DNA of 63,992 bases, counting the filler, from Chiloscyllium plagiosum (taxonomy: Eukaryota): NCBI RefSeq assembly GCF_004010195.1. It is 4 parts of 2 records of this genome, joined end to end, with 100 filler letters (N's around TTAATTAATTAA, not from the genome) between each part and the next. Parts side by side here need not be neighbours in the genome. Positions count along the whole stretch, not along the records: positions 1 to 18,751 come from NC_057710.1; 3 more parts are not named here. One strand, 5' to 3'. Shown here piece after piece: positions 1 to 11,940 of this stretch; the first letter of the stretch is position 1; each line of letters starts with the position of its first letter. The notes below the pieces were generated by a model. That model ran no database searches. It was not told the origin of the DNA and worked only from the letters and a program-made list of their open reading frames with translations. Position numbers and translations under genes: made by a program.

Positions 1-82
1 GTGCTGGAAAAGCATAGCAGGTCAGGCAGCATCCGAGGTTCAGGAAAATCGACGTTTCATGCAAAAGCCCTTCATCAGGAAT
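1..82 (-). mobile_element. Penelope-like element terminal fragment with hammerhead motif (family A)
   Basis: Reverse complement ATTC-CTGATGA-AGGGCTTTTGCAT-GAAACGTC-GATT followed by the family terminus seen in about 10 other copies in the window. Confidence 0.7.
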
Positions 83-1918
83 CTGATGGCTATATGCCAA
101 AATGAAATAAAAAAGATTCATTGTGACTGACCAAAAAGAGTTAGGCCATTTCTATTTCTTTACCTGATCATAACAGTTCATACAGCGTTTATATTATACG
201 TGACCTTGCATTATTGGATCAGATTTCTTGATTTGTGATTCAAATTTGAAATGATATTTTTTAAAAAAAGTCAAAGTGTCAATTGAAAATGACTGTGCAA
301 TGTATTGTAAAGAATCTAAATGAATAAATTGGGTGCACACGTACAGGGATTAATTTCTAAGGTCACCTGTATGTGAAAGCAAATATTTTGACAGCACTCT
401 TTCGGGTCGAGAAACAATATTAAGAAATGGAGAATCAGAACTTCAGGCAATGTACGTGTTCAATAGAATGGAATGGCACTTGGCACCACTTTCACACTGA
501 TGCAACTGAGATTTTGCTTGGAGAAATATGTCACACAAATCATGAACTATTATGATTAAATTGATATCTGGCAACACTTTAGCATGTCGCTCAATAATGA
601 GAGCAGCATGCATGTACACTGCTGCATTTCAGCAAAGATAATATAGTAATGACAATTATAACCTTCCACACGTTTCACATCCAATTTGTTCTAATATTTC
701 TTGATAGTCCTTCATTAGGGTAAATAGATGTTCAATCCTGACACTACTGCCAGTCTCCAGGATCAATATTGAGGGTTGCCAGCAAATTACTGGCAATGGT
801 TGTTTTATACTGAAGTAATGTCACCAAATTTCCCAATTGCAGGTTTCATAAAGAGAGCCTGGAACACAAAGATAAAAATGAAGGGGCTCAGTTAAAAGTT
901 TAAACAACATAATTTTAAGCTATTAAGCAAGTCTGGGTTGTATTAAAGTAAGCAATTTTATGTTTAGTTTACATTATCCATGCAATCCCTGCGCTTTGAA
1001 AACAGTGAGATTAGCTTCGATCGAGTCACTTAATATTACTTTATGTGATACACGTTGCCTTTTGCGTATTTGCATGTTAGTAGAAGAGTCTGCTGCAAAC
1101 AAAAAACAATTGAATTTAAAAATAATTACAGGCTGTATCCAATGCTCTGAACTGTAGTCCTGTAGAACTTCAAAAACGCAGAAGCTGGACCTACATTGGA
1201 AGCAGCAAAATTATAAACCAGAAAACACATGAACTATGATTTGAACTCAGTGACAGAAATGTTAAAAATACTTTTATAACTAATTATTTTATCTAATAGA
1301 CTAGAAAATGTAATCATCTAAAAAGTGTAAAAGGTATATTTGGTTGGGCAAACAATGTGGGAATGTTTCATGTATCAGAACAGTATATGGTACTATTATT
1401 TTATATTAAAACAACATTATGGATTACCATACCAATCAACACGAGAACACAAGGCATTCCATAAAGTATGAAATATACATGATGGAGAGTGAGCTGTTTA
1501 TAGACTACACAAGGTAGAGATGGTGGCTCAGTGGTAATGCAGCTAGCTTAACAAACTAAAGACTCAGTCCAATAGTCTGGGGAATGCGTTCACATCCTGC
1601 CATAGCAACTGGTGGAATTTCAATTCTACTTAAAAAATCTGGAATGGAGAGCTAGTGATGCCGGCTGTAAACCACACAATGCAAATTTAAGCCATTTTAT
1701 AAACAACACAATGATTTTCTTGGCTTTTCTAAATTATTGTTGATTTTGATTAGCACAGGAATCATTGGGATATCTGACTTAACTGTCAAATATGCATTAA
1801 ATTGGGCACTACTATTATCTTGGTTATCTAACTGTCTGCTTATTGGATCCATTCACATGAAAAAGCAAGTTCTATGTAAATTAACAATCATTATGGCTTC
1901 TTCATCATTACTAACAAA

Positions 1919-2073
1919 TGTATTTGTTTAGATTGAAATGCAATAGTGTACAAAAGTCACCCCTCGTCTAACATGACCTCTATTTTGAGGCACACGCTCT
2001 ATAAACAGACATCTTAAACTCACTTCAATAAAGCCTTTGTGTTGAACACATTGCTATATTGTACTCTCAAAAT
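1919..2073 (+). repeat. 5' LTR of the Gypsy element, followed by a tRNA-Leu-like PBS (2075-2088)
   Basis: Shares TTGAAATGCAAT, ctcac/ctcag..aaagcc, ga(a/g)caca(t/g)tgct and tact..caaaa with 10068-10199. It contains AATAAA and is directly followed by TGGTGTCAGG. Confidence 0.6.
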
Positions 2074-2641
2074 ATGGTGTCAGGTGTAGCACTGAGATGA
2101 TTTTTGTGCAGCTGTAAGAAGGCACAGTTACTAACTGGGATACACAAAGTATCTGCAGAACTCTGAGCTGCCACTAAAATGAACAAAGCCATAGTTAAAA
2201 TATTGCGAAGTGAAATGATTGCAGCTTTTCCCCTCTAAGCTCCTGATCAAATGACAGGAAATATGAAACTGGGCTGGAATTTCTTCCATATAAAATTGCA
2301 GAATTATGAAATATCAGTGGATTTGTTGAACAAACCTGAACAGGTATGAATCACGATACTTTTATCACTGTTGGGAAAGATTGTTTCAAAATATGTTCCA
2401 CTGTAAATCTCTCTGAAGAGCAGAAAAAAAATGCAGTAGAAATTTTAAAAAGGCATGTTTTAAGCCTCAAGTGAAAGTTGCATATGAACATATGGGAGGC
2501 CATTGACCAATAATGTAACATTATTGTTACATTAACTAGACTCACAGAAACCTGTGAATTTGTTCAATTAAAGGATGGTCTGAGTAATGACAGGATTACA
2601 TTTGTCATAGAGTCATAGAGATGTATAGCATGGAAACAGAC

Positions 2642-2917
2642 CCAGAGACCCGGGTTCAATTCCCGCCTCAGGCGACTGACTGTGTGGAGTTTGCACATTC
2701 TCCCCGTGTCTGCGTGGGTTTCCTCCGGGTGCTCCGGTTTCCTCCCACAGTCCAAAGATGTGCAGGTTAGGTGAATTGGCCATGTTAAATTGTCCGTAGT
2801 GTTAGGTAAGGGGTAAATGTAGGGGTATGGGTGGTTTGCGCTTCGGCGGGTCGGTGTGGACTTGTTGGGCCGAAGGGCCTGTTTCCACACTGTAAAGTAA
2901 TCTAATCTAATCTAATC
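2642..2917 (+). mobile_element. HE1-type V-SINE (5'-truncated) inserted in a CR1 3' tail
   Basis: B-box GGTTCAATTCC, V-domain TGTGTGGAGTTTGCACATTCTCCCCGTGTCTGCGTGGGTTTCCTCCGGGTGCTCCGG, and tail GGGCCGAAGGGCCTGTTTCC...(TAATC)n. Confidence 0.9.
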
Positions 2918-2962
2918 ACTCTTAAAGACCCTTCGGTCCAACCTGTCTATGCCGACCAGATA

Positions 2963-2998
2963 ATTCCTGAAGAAGGGCTAATGCCCGAAACGTCGATT
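2963..2998 (+). ncRNA. Minimal type-I hammerhead ribozyme motif in a PLE mini-element (2963-3093)
   Basis: CTGAAGA core (2967-2973), perfect stem II GGGC-TAAT-GCCC, GAAA, palindromic ACGT, and GTC cleavage triplet (2992-2994). Stem I is short (TC/GA). Confidence 0.7.
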
Positions 2999-5893
2999 CT
3001 CCTGTTCCCTAGATGCTGCCTGACCTGCTGCGCTTTTCCAGCAACACATTTCCATCTCTGATCTCCAGCATCTGCAGACCTCACTTTCTCCTCAAAGATA
3101 TCCCAACCCAATCTTGTCCCACCTGCCATTTCCCTCCAAACCCTTAATACACCAACTGAGAGAAGAGATAAGCAGGTGAGTGATTGGCATGTGCAGAGAT
3201 GGTGTATTAGCAGCTATAGCATATGGCACAGCAAACAAGGTCTCCATTCTGCTGACAGATCCTGCAGGCACAAAAGACAGAACCTTCACAGACCAAGGGC
3301 AGGATGCAAATACTGGAGGACATTAATACAAATAAGAAGAACACATGTTCAGCCTGAGGAAGAGCCATGTTCTCACTACAAGAAGCTTAATCAGTTTCTT
3401 CACAAGTGTCTGGCTACAATGAAGCTCAAGAAAGCAAGTACAGAGGGAGAGATATTAGCTAATGATTCTGACAAATCATTCTACACTGTACAATAAGTCG
3501 GTTCAGTCATGTCAATAGACATGGTTTGTGACTGTTGGAATGATAACTACAAAATAAAATACACGACTGTTGGAATGAAAACATCAGATTAACAGTAAGT
3601 GTCCTCCAGCAGTGCGGCATGAAACTCATCAACTATTATAGACCTGTGATGATGTAAGCTCCAGAACTTTAATGGTGTCATGGATTGAGGGAATCAGTGG
3701 TAGCTCTTTTTGGAATTAATTGTTTCCCAAGCTGAAAGAGATGAGGAGAAACTGTTCTAATGGAATTAAAAGCAACATGTTAATTAACCATCCCTGGGAA
3801 GATAGAGTCAAAGTAGCACAAGCTGTTTCCGGAAGAGAGGAGACAAAACTGTGTGATAACCTGCTGCCCTGGGCAATTAAGACTGCCTGCAGAAGGAATG
3901 TTCTGAAGTCATGGGGTTAATTGCAGGACAGGCTGTTTCAGACAGACAGTTAACACCAAATGCAACAAGGAATAAGGGAGCTACTTCTGATAAAAAGGCA
4001 AACTGCAGACGTGAAGTCTCCAGAAATGTGATCAATACTGGAGGATGAAAGAATCTAAAGGATCATCAATAATGCCACACCACAAACTTGAAACAGTGAA
4101 AATTATACAAAAATCCAGCACCAAAACAATTCAGCAGCTGAAGAACAACACAGCACAAGAATTGAATCCTGGACTCATGCAGTTACAGACATGGTTCATT
4201 GACTAAATTCCACAAATAATTGGGTAATAGTCAAGTTGAGTTGTGAGACTCAACTTGCATACTTGAGGGATTTTATTTTGGTTGCTACATGCAATAAAGT
4301 TTAAAATATTTGATTGTCTGTGAGATTTCTTAATAAGTAGCAAATTGTGGTGATTTGCCCAGAACAGACCTGTATAAGCAAGCTTAGCATGGCAATCCAA
4401 AGGTGAAGCCCCCCAAGGTAAGATCAAGGTAATATGATGGCATTATACACATGGTGAGAGGACAGATCACTCTGCCAGCCTGTTGCAATAACATGAACAA
4501 TAATCCAGAATTCCTGACCTGGAATTAGATCATTGGTGGAAAACAAATGCCATTCATCATCACCTACAACTGGAACTGGTAACACTCACTGTGCCAAAGG
4601 AGGGAATCAAAGTGTCAAAGCACTCTAAACCACTGACCTCAGAACAGTTCCTACAATGATGTGTTGACAGGGTTGTGGTGTCTTCTGGGAAAATACCCAC
4701 AGTCCTTCCTAAAGTACTTGAGAATTCAGTATTCAATAAAGAATGGTCCAGCTGCTCTCCAGGCCAGCCAGAAAGACAAAATGGAAGAGCTGGAAAAAAG
4801 GAAGGGAGTGGTCAAAAAATTGACAACTCATGTGAAATGGCTTAGCAACATGGCAATAGGAAAATGACGTAGAAAGCTGAGAGTGTGCGTTGTCCCAAAG
4901 AATCTCAATAAAGAAGAGATCTCACTCCCCCATTCAAAACATCAAAGGAAATTTGCCACAACTTGCAAAGGCAAAACTCTTCAACATCCTAGATGTGAAG
5001 GATGGTTACTGGCAAATAAAGCTGGATGATAACACCAGTTTTCTAAGCATACTCTGGATGACTTTCAGATGACATAGTCAGCTGTGCATGGGCACTGCTC
5101 CAAATGCAGACAACATGAGGTAGTTAGTGACTTCCTTGGAGTAAAAGCTATGATGGATGATCTGATAGTGTGGAGACACAATGGAAGAAGCCATTGCTGA
5201 CAACAAACAGTATCTAGTGTGACTCCTAGACAAAGCTCACTCGGTGAACCTGAAGCTAAACAAGAAAGAATTGCAATGAAAGATACCTGAAGTCAAGTAC
5301 CTGGACCACATACTAACAGCAAATATTCTATATCCAGACACCGAAAATGTAAGAGAGCCGTAACAGCAGTGCAGTGACCACAGATATAAAGGCAATGCAA
5401 CAACATGTTAGATTGTCAACGACTTGGCAAAATTCTTGATGAATTTGTGCATGGAGTGGGAACAATTATATTAACTCATTGCCAAAGGCATGCAGTGATA
5501 TAGGGGCCCAGGATAAAAAGAAGCAGTCATTAAAATCAAGCAATGAGTTGATAGCAATGCAAAGTGCTGAAATGCTATGATATAAATGATGATATCTCAG
5601 GGCATGGAACAACCATGATGCAGTGAGGCCAGTAGCATTGGCATCCAGGGCATTACCATAAGTGCTCAGATCGAGAAAGTGTGTCTGGCCATTGGGTTTG
5701 CTTATGAACATTTTCAACAATATCTAATTGGAAGACACACAGTGTCAAAGCCGAGCCACTTTAAAGCATTTTCCTCAAATTGTTACGATCTCCTCCAAAG
5801 TGTCCTCAAGGTAAGTTACTCATATCACAGAGATACCACTCGGATGTGGCAAATGTACATTGGGATTACTGTTCTTGAAAGCACATCTGCAAT

Positions 5894-6197
5894 GATTAGA
5901 TTCCCTACAGTGTGGAAACAGGTCATTTGGTCCAACAAATCCACACCAACCCTCTGAAGAGTAACCCACCCAGACCCCCTTCCGTCTGACTAATTAACCT
6001 AACACTGTGGATAATTTAGCACGGCCAATTCACCCAACCTGCACATTTGTTTGGACTGCTGGAGGAAACTAGAGCAAACCCACGCAGACATGGGGAGAAT
6101 GTGCAAACTCCACACAGACAGTTGCCCGAGGCAGGAATCGAACCTGGGTCCCTGGTGCTGAGGTAGCAGTGCTAACCACTGAGTCACCGAGCCATCC
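5894..6197 (-). mobile_element. HE1-type V-SINE
   Basis: Reverse complement of a full HE1 with tRNA-like head, V-domain and GATTA tail repeat. Confidence 0.9.
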
Positions 6198-6704
6198 CAA
6201 AAATTTATATTTTTTAACAATGTGTAACTCTCTCCTTGTCCATTCAGAGTAGCTCCACCGGCAAGCTCACTGCTGTGATTGGATACCTTGCTGTCACTGC
6301 TCCTACCCACCCCACGTTAGAAGTGCCTTTATTTTGTGCTGTCTCTCTGTGCTCTTCCCATTATATTTGATTAGTTGATGAAGAAAGCAGAGGATGCTAC
6401 AACAGAGTGATGGAACCTTCCCAATTCAATGTGAAGCAGCAATCATTATACTCTGGAAATCATCAACCCAGCAGAGACATTGAATATAACAGTATAATAG
6501 ACAAGTACCTTTCTTAAATCAAGCAAACCAACCAACAAGATGTAAATTTCTGTGTGTGGAAAGGATTAGTGAAAATAGGAGAGTCTAAGAGCAGCGAGGG
6601 TATAACTGCTGCTATAGGCAAAGATTGGGCTATAAAGTTAAATCTCCAGCCCAAAATGGTACATTGGACAATGGAAATAGAGTAAAAGCCCAAATTGGTA
6701 TTAT

Positions 6705-7620
6705 AAATCAGAGACAAAATAGAAATTGCTGGAAAAGCTCGGCAGTTCTGGAAGCATCTGTGGAGAGAAATCAGAGTTAACATTTCAGATCCAGTGACCC
6801 TTCCTCAGGACTGATGGTAGCTAGGAAAATGTTGATTTATATGCAGAAGATAGGGTGGATGGAGGGGGTAAGGGGCGAACAATAGGTAGGGTTAGAGCCC
6901 AAAGAGACAGAAGAGCAGTTGGACAGACAAAGGAGTGGATAATGATCTGGCTATGAGGGTGAATAGCTGTTAATGGGGACTGTTAGCGACTAGCAAAGGG
7001 TAGTGTGTAATAGTAGACTGTGTGATAACAAGGCCTGGTTTGTGAAGGTTGAGGTAAGGACATAGGAGAGCTCAGCCCTAAAGTTACTGAACTCGATATT
7101 GAGTCCAGAAGGTTTCAGGGTTCCCAGTTGGAAAATGAGGTGCTGTTCTTTTAACTCCAGCTTTGCTGGAGCACTGCAGCAAGGCTAAGACAGACATGGG
7201 AACAGGTCATGTGTTGAAGTGGCAGGCTACTGGGAGTTCAGGTCTTTTTCGCGAACAGAATGCAAGTGTTCTGTGAAGTGATCACCCAATCTATACTACA
7301 TTTCCCCAATGTAGAGGAGACCACATTGTGAGCGGTGAATGCAATAGACTAGATTGTGTTTAGTGCAGGTAAAGTGCTGCTTCACCTGGAAGGTGTGTTT
7401 GGGCCCTTGTGTACTGGGGATGGAGGAAGTAAACAGATGGGTGTCAGCGGAAGGTGCCTTGAAGGAGGATGTTGTGAGGGACGGAAGGATGGACTAGGAT
7501 GCCCTGGAGGGAACAGTCCCTGCAGAAGGCTGGCAAGGGAGGGGAAGGGAATATGTGTCTGGTGATAGCATCATGCTGGAGGTGGTGGAAATGGTGGCTA
7601 ATGATCCGAGAATGGCTCCC
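6705..7620 (-). mobile_element. Penelope-like element 3' fragment (family B) with hammerhead motif at 6775-6812
   Basis: Decayed GIY-YIG C-terminal coding region, homologous to 9108-9838 in the opposite orientation. Reverse complement AGTC-CTGAGGA-AGGGTCACTGGATCT-GAAATGTT-AACT. Confidence 0.75.
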
Positions 7621-7796
7621 TGATAGAAATAGAGTCTTTATCTTGAAGGAGTTGAGAGGAGAGATACTAAAGCACATCCATGCAATTTACAAAGGAAGTG
7701 AGTTAAGTCTGAGGAAGATAAGAGATATGCTGAACTAGCCAAACCTGAGAAACAAAATCAGCCAGTGAAGGGCTTGTAATGAGTACCAAACTAAAC

Positions 7797-7960
7797 ATCT
7801 CTCCACCTTGGAGGCTCCCTGCATCATTCCTGATGAAGAGCTTTTGCCTGAAACGTCAATTTTCCTGCTCCTCGGATGCTGCCTGACTTGTTCTGCTTTT
7901 CCAGCACCACTCTAATCTATAGACTCTGATCTCCAGCACCTGCAGTCCTCACATTTGCCT
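7797..7960 (+). mobile_element. PLE family A terminal fragment with hammerhead motif (7826-7861)
   Basis: ATTC-CTGATGA-AGAGCTTTTGCCT-GAAACGTC followed by GGATGCTGCCTGAC...CTCCAGCACCTGCAGTCCTCAC. Confidence 0.75.
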
Positions 7961-8130
7961 AAACAATTTTAAGGTCCACTGATGATACATGGCATCCCAG
8001 AGAAAGCATGTCTGAAGCTGGCACTGGGCCTCTTTAGACTCACAAAAGATGACCATCTTGTCACAGTTGAGTATTATTCTGACTATTGGGAGGTAAACCA
8101 ATTGATTTCAATGACCACCTTCAAGATTGT

Positions 8131-8449
8131 GGGCGGCACAGTGGTTAGCACTGCTGCCTCACAGCACCAGAGACCTGGGTTCAATTTCTGCCTCATGCAA
8201 CTGTCTGTGTGCAGTTTGCACATTCTCCCCGTGTCTATGTGGGTTTCCTCCGGGTGCTCCAGTTTCCTCCCACAGTCCAAAAATGTGCAGGTTAGGTGAA
8301 TTAGCCACGCTAAATAGCCCATAGTGTTAGGTGAAGGGGTAAATGTAGGGGAATGGGTCTGGGCGGGTTGCTCTTCGGAGGGTCGGTTAGGCTGACTTGC
8401 TGGGCCGAAGGGCCTGTTTCCACACTGTAAGTAATCTAATCTAATCTAA
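8131..8449 (+). mobile_element. HE1-type V-SINE, full length, inserted in the Gypsy integrase
   Basis: GGGCGGCACAGTGGTTAGCACTGCTGCCTCACAG head, V-domain and (TAATC)n tail. Confidence 0.92.
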
Positions 8450-9107
8450 TTGTGGAATGCATAAAAACACACTCCAGCTATTGTGGGGTTCCCAACATGG
8501 TTATGGGTGAGAGAAGAACCATAAATGGTTAGGAACTTCAACACCACACATCATCTCCACATTATGTCCAATCAAATAGAAAGGCTGGGGCAGCAGTGAA
8601 ATAACCGAGGCATCATGAAGAAATCAAGCAAATCCCACACAAGGCAATTCTCAACTGGAGAAACACACTCACTGAAGGCAAAGTAGCACCAATACAAAGA
8701 CTAATGCCACATCATGCTACTCCTCCCAAGCAAAAACCTACTGAAGCCAGAAATTGGACCAAGTGTGAGTGACAAAATCAGATGAAAGGGCAGAAAGCAA
8801 AGTTTAATTTTGACAAGGCTGCCACTCCGTTGTCAGAGTTCAGCATTAAAATATATATCAGGGAACAGACTTTCAACGCTCTCAACAAAAGCCGACCCAA
8901 GGGTCACACGCAGTGGAAGTGAACAACCAGACATACTGACACAACCACAGACACATACACCCAATTGGTCTGAAGGTAGCTGATCAGGAAAGGGGAATCT
9001 ATTACCTGCACCAATCACAGATCAACGATCAGATCTAGAGATCTACAGCGACTCAGCAACAGGAATGGAATAGCAATGGTTACCACAATAAGACATGACA
9101 CACAAAT

Positions 9108-9838
9108 GACATTTACCTCCCCCCTCCTCAATATCCAAGGGCCCAAACATACCTTCCAGGTGAAGCAGCACTTTTCTTGAACTTCCCACCATCTAAGTCT
9201 ACTGCATTTGCTCCTCACAATGTGGTCTACTCTACCTTGGGGAAACAAAGTATAGACCGAGTGACCACTTCACAGAACATCTACATTCTGCTTGCATAAA
9301 AACCCTGTGCTTCCAGTTCCCTTACACTTTAACGCCCCCACCCTGTTCCCTGGCCAACGTCTCTGTCTCAGGTTTGCTGGAGTGCACCAGTGAAACTCTG
9401 CATAAGCTGGAAGAGGAACATCTCATTTTCTGCTTGGGGACCCTGCAGCACTCTGGACACAATAATGAGTTCAATAATTTTACGGCCTGCTCCCTCCCAT
9501 GTCCAAGCACCCTACCCCACACACCAGACCTTGGTATCACATATTTTGCCATTCCACACTACCCTATTGTTAGTGACTAACAGCTATTCACCCTCCTAAC
9601 CAGATTGTTTCCCATTCCGTTGTCTGTCCAACTGTTCTTCTCTCTCTTTGGGCTCTATCCCCAGCTACCATTTACTCCTTAACCCCTCCCCCAACCCTAT
9701 CTCCTGCATGTAAACTGATTTTCGTCACTCATGTCAGTTCTGCTGAAGGGTCACTCGACCCAAAATGTTAACTCTGATTTCTCTCTGCAGATGCTGCCAG
9801 ACCTGCTGAGCTTTTCCAGCAATGTCTGTTTTTGTTTA
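9108..9838 (+). mobile_element. Penelope-like element 3' fragment (family B)
   Basis: ORF 9374-9580 (KLEEEHLIFCLGTLQHSGHNNEFNNF) resembles the PLE GIY-YIG C-terminus. Degenerate hammerhead at 9736-9773. Confidence 0.8.
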
Positions 9839-10058
9839 GGAAAGATTTCTCTGGGAAAATAACAATACCCAGATTAACGGCCAACACCAACAATATACAT
9901 GCGTTCCATTAAGAGATAAGCTTGATGTAAGGGCTATGTTTGCAATACATATGTGTAAACTGATGGGAATATCGAACCATTATTGTATATATACTTAGTG
10001 ACTTAGGTGACTCAAAATGTACAGGATAGTGAGTTTTTCTCTTTTATAAAAAGGTTGG

Positions 10059-10199
10059 TCATTTGGGTTGAAATGCAATTACGCGTAAATGTCCTCTGAA
10101 TTTGCTGTAAGCATGTGGTCTTTTCTGAGAGGCATCAGCTTAAGCTCAGTTAAAAGAAAAGCCGCATGATGAGCACAGTGCTGTCGGATACTCAAAACA
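10059..10199 (+). repeat. 3' LTR of the Gypsy element (diverged)
   Basis: Collinear similarity to 1933-2073. It ends in ...CAAAACA and is preceded by the purine-rich taaaaagg (decayed PPT). Confidence 0.5.
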
Positions 10200-11129
10200 G
10201 TTTTACATTATATTAGATAAGTCATGGGATTGTGAGTTATACTGTTGTATAACATGATGTAGAAATGGTGGATGATCCAGAGTGAACCTTGACATTTTGT
10301 GTAATAATAAGACACGTGGTCCTGAATTTCTGCAGGTTATCTCTCAATGTCCCAGTGAAAATTCTGGGAACCAGGTGAAATGACCATGGAAACTCGATCT
10401 CTCATGTTACAGGGATTGTCCTTATTCTGAACTCTTAGTGACAAAGCACTCCTGGCTATCAAAGGTGCTTTATGGAGAGAAATCAGTTGTTGCCAGAGCT
10501 CCTGGGCTTTTCCAGCAATTTCTGTTTTTGTTTGTGACTTAAAGGTTTGTTTGTACACAAAAGGATTGATTCTGCTACACTTCCAGCAAAGATTGCAGTC
10601 GAGCTGGTGAAAATTTCCAGCTGTGTGACCAATTGATCGATAGATTTATATTGTCCACTTGCACGAAAGGCTCCTTTCTCTGCAGTAACTAAACTCCCAG
10701 CTTGGTATTTCCCACAACACGGCCTAAACCTTGATCCCTTGTACAGGTTTCATTGCTTGTCTTCTTTTATAAGAATGGCAGAAATCGACCAGTTTCTCTG
10801 CACTAATATCGCTGAGAGGTTAGATTTAATAGACAGTTATAGCAGTTGGTCCCCTTGTTTAAAGGATTAATGTAGAAATTAATGTATTTTTCTTATCTTC
10901 TTTTATCAACAGTTCTTTCCAACTTGCTTATATTTCTTTTCTCATCTCATGGAGTTCCACAAGCACCAGTTGTTGATTGGTATGAAATATGGTAGCTGAG
11001 GCAGTCAGTGTCAGTGTGTCAACACATCAACGAGAGGAGGACTGAGGATCAAGGCAACATTGCCAATTTTAAAGTATACAATACATGCTGACACTTCATA
11101 GCAATATGGAAGGAACACTTTATTGCAAA

Positions 11130-11940
11130 AAGAAACTGTCTTTTGCTGGGATGTTAAACTAAGGCCTTATCTGACCTGTCAGGTGACATGAAAGATCATG
11201 TAGCATAGTTTGAACGGAAGATTAATCATTATCCTTGCCAGCATTTTTCACTCAACCAACAATGCCGTAAAATAATTATTTAGTTATTTATTTCATGGAC
11301 ATTTTGTCATTTTTGGAACATAGAACAGTACAGTACAGGCCCTTCAGCCCACGATGTTGTGCCGACCTTTTCTCCTACTCTAAGGTATATACCCTTCATT
11401 TTACTATCATCCATGTGCCTATCCAAGAATCGCTTCAATGTCCCTAATGTATCTCGCTCTACTACCACTGCTGGCTGTGCATTCCGTGCACCCATCATTC
11501 TTTGCGTAAAGAACCTACCTCTGACATCTTGCACAAACCTTCCTCAAGTCACCTTAAAATTACACCCCTTTGCGATAGCCATTCTCACCCTGGGAAAAAG
11601 TGTCTGGCTCTCCATTCTATCTGTGCTTCTCATCATCTTATACAGCACTATCAAGTCACCTCTCATCCGTCTCCGCTCCAATGAGAAAAGCCCTAGCTCT
11701 CTCAAACTTTCTTCATAAGACATGCCCTCCAGTCCAGGCAGCATCCTGGTAAATCTCTGCACCCTCTCTAAAGCTTCCACATCCTTCCTATTATAAGGCG
11801 ACCAGGAAAATTATGTGCACATTTCCTCCAGATTACAATATTTACTGCAACAATGTTTCGAAAGTAATTTATTAGATGTGAAATACTTTGGAACATTTTG
11901 AAGACACATGAGACATTCATACTGAAAATTCTGTCTTCCC
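11130..11940 (+). mobile_element. DeuSINE (SacSINE1/AmnSINE-like) remnant split by a CR1 insertion
   Basis: GATGTTAAACTAAGGCCTTATCTGACCTGTCAGGTGACATGAAAGATC...CTCAACCAACA resembles the Deu domain as recalled. The 3' part resumes at about 11806 after the CR1. Confidence 0.55.
11316..11805 (-). mobile_element. CR1 LINE 3' fragment
   Basis: ALERVQRFTRMLPGLEGMSYEESLRELGLFSLERRRMRGDLI plus a 3' tail. Confidence 0.92.

Larger units (their letters stand above)
1919..10199 (+). mobile_element. Decayed Ty3/Gypsy LTR retrotransposon with nested insertions
   Basis: RT remnants at 4700-5420 (LPQLAKAKLFNILDVKDGYWQIKLDD; KAMMDDLIV), RNase H at about 5620-5830 (EKVCLAIGFAYEHFQQYLIG), and integrase at about 7980-8720 (VEYYSDYWEV). 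PBS TGGTGTCAGG at 2075. Diverged LTR pair at 1919-2073 and about 10059-10199. Many stops and frameshifts. Confidence 0.85.

Noticed and set aside
8131..8200. tRNA-like A/B boxes
   Set aside because: These are heads of HE1 SINEs, not tRNA genes.
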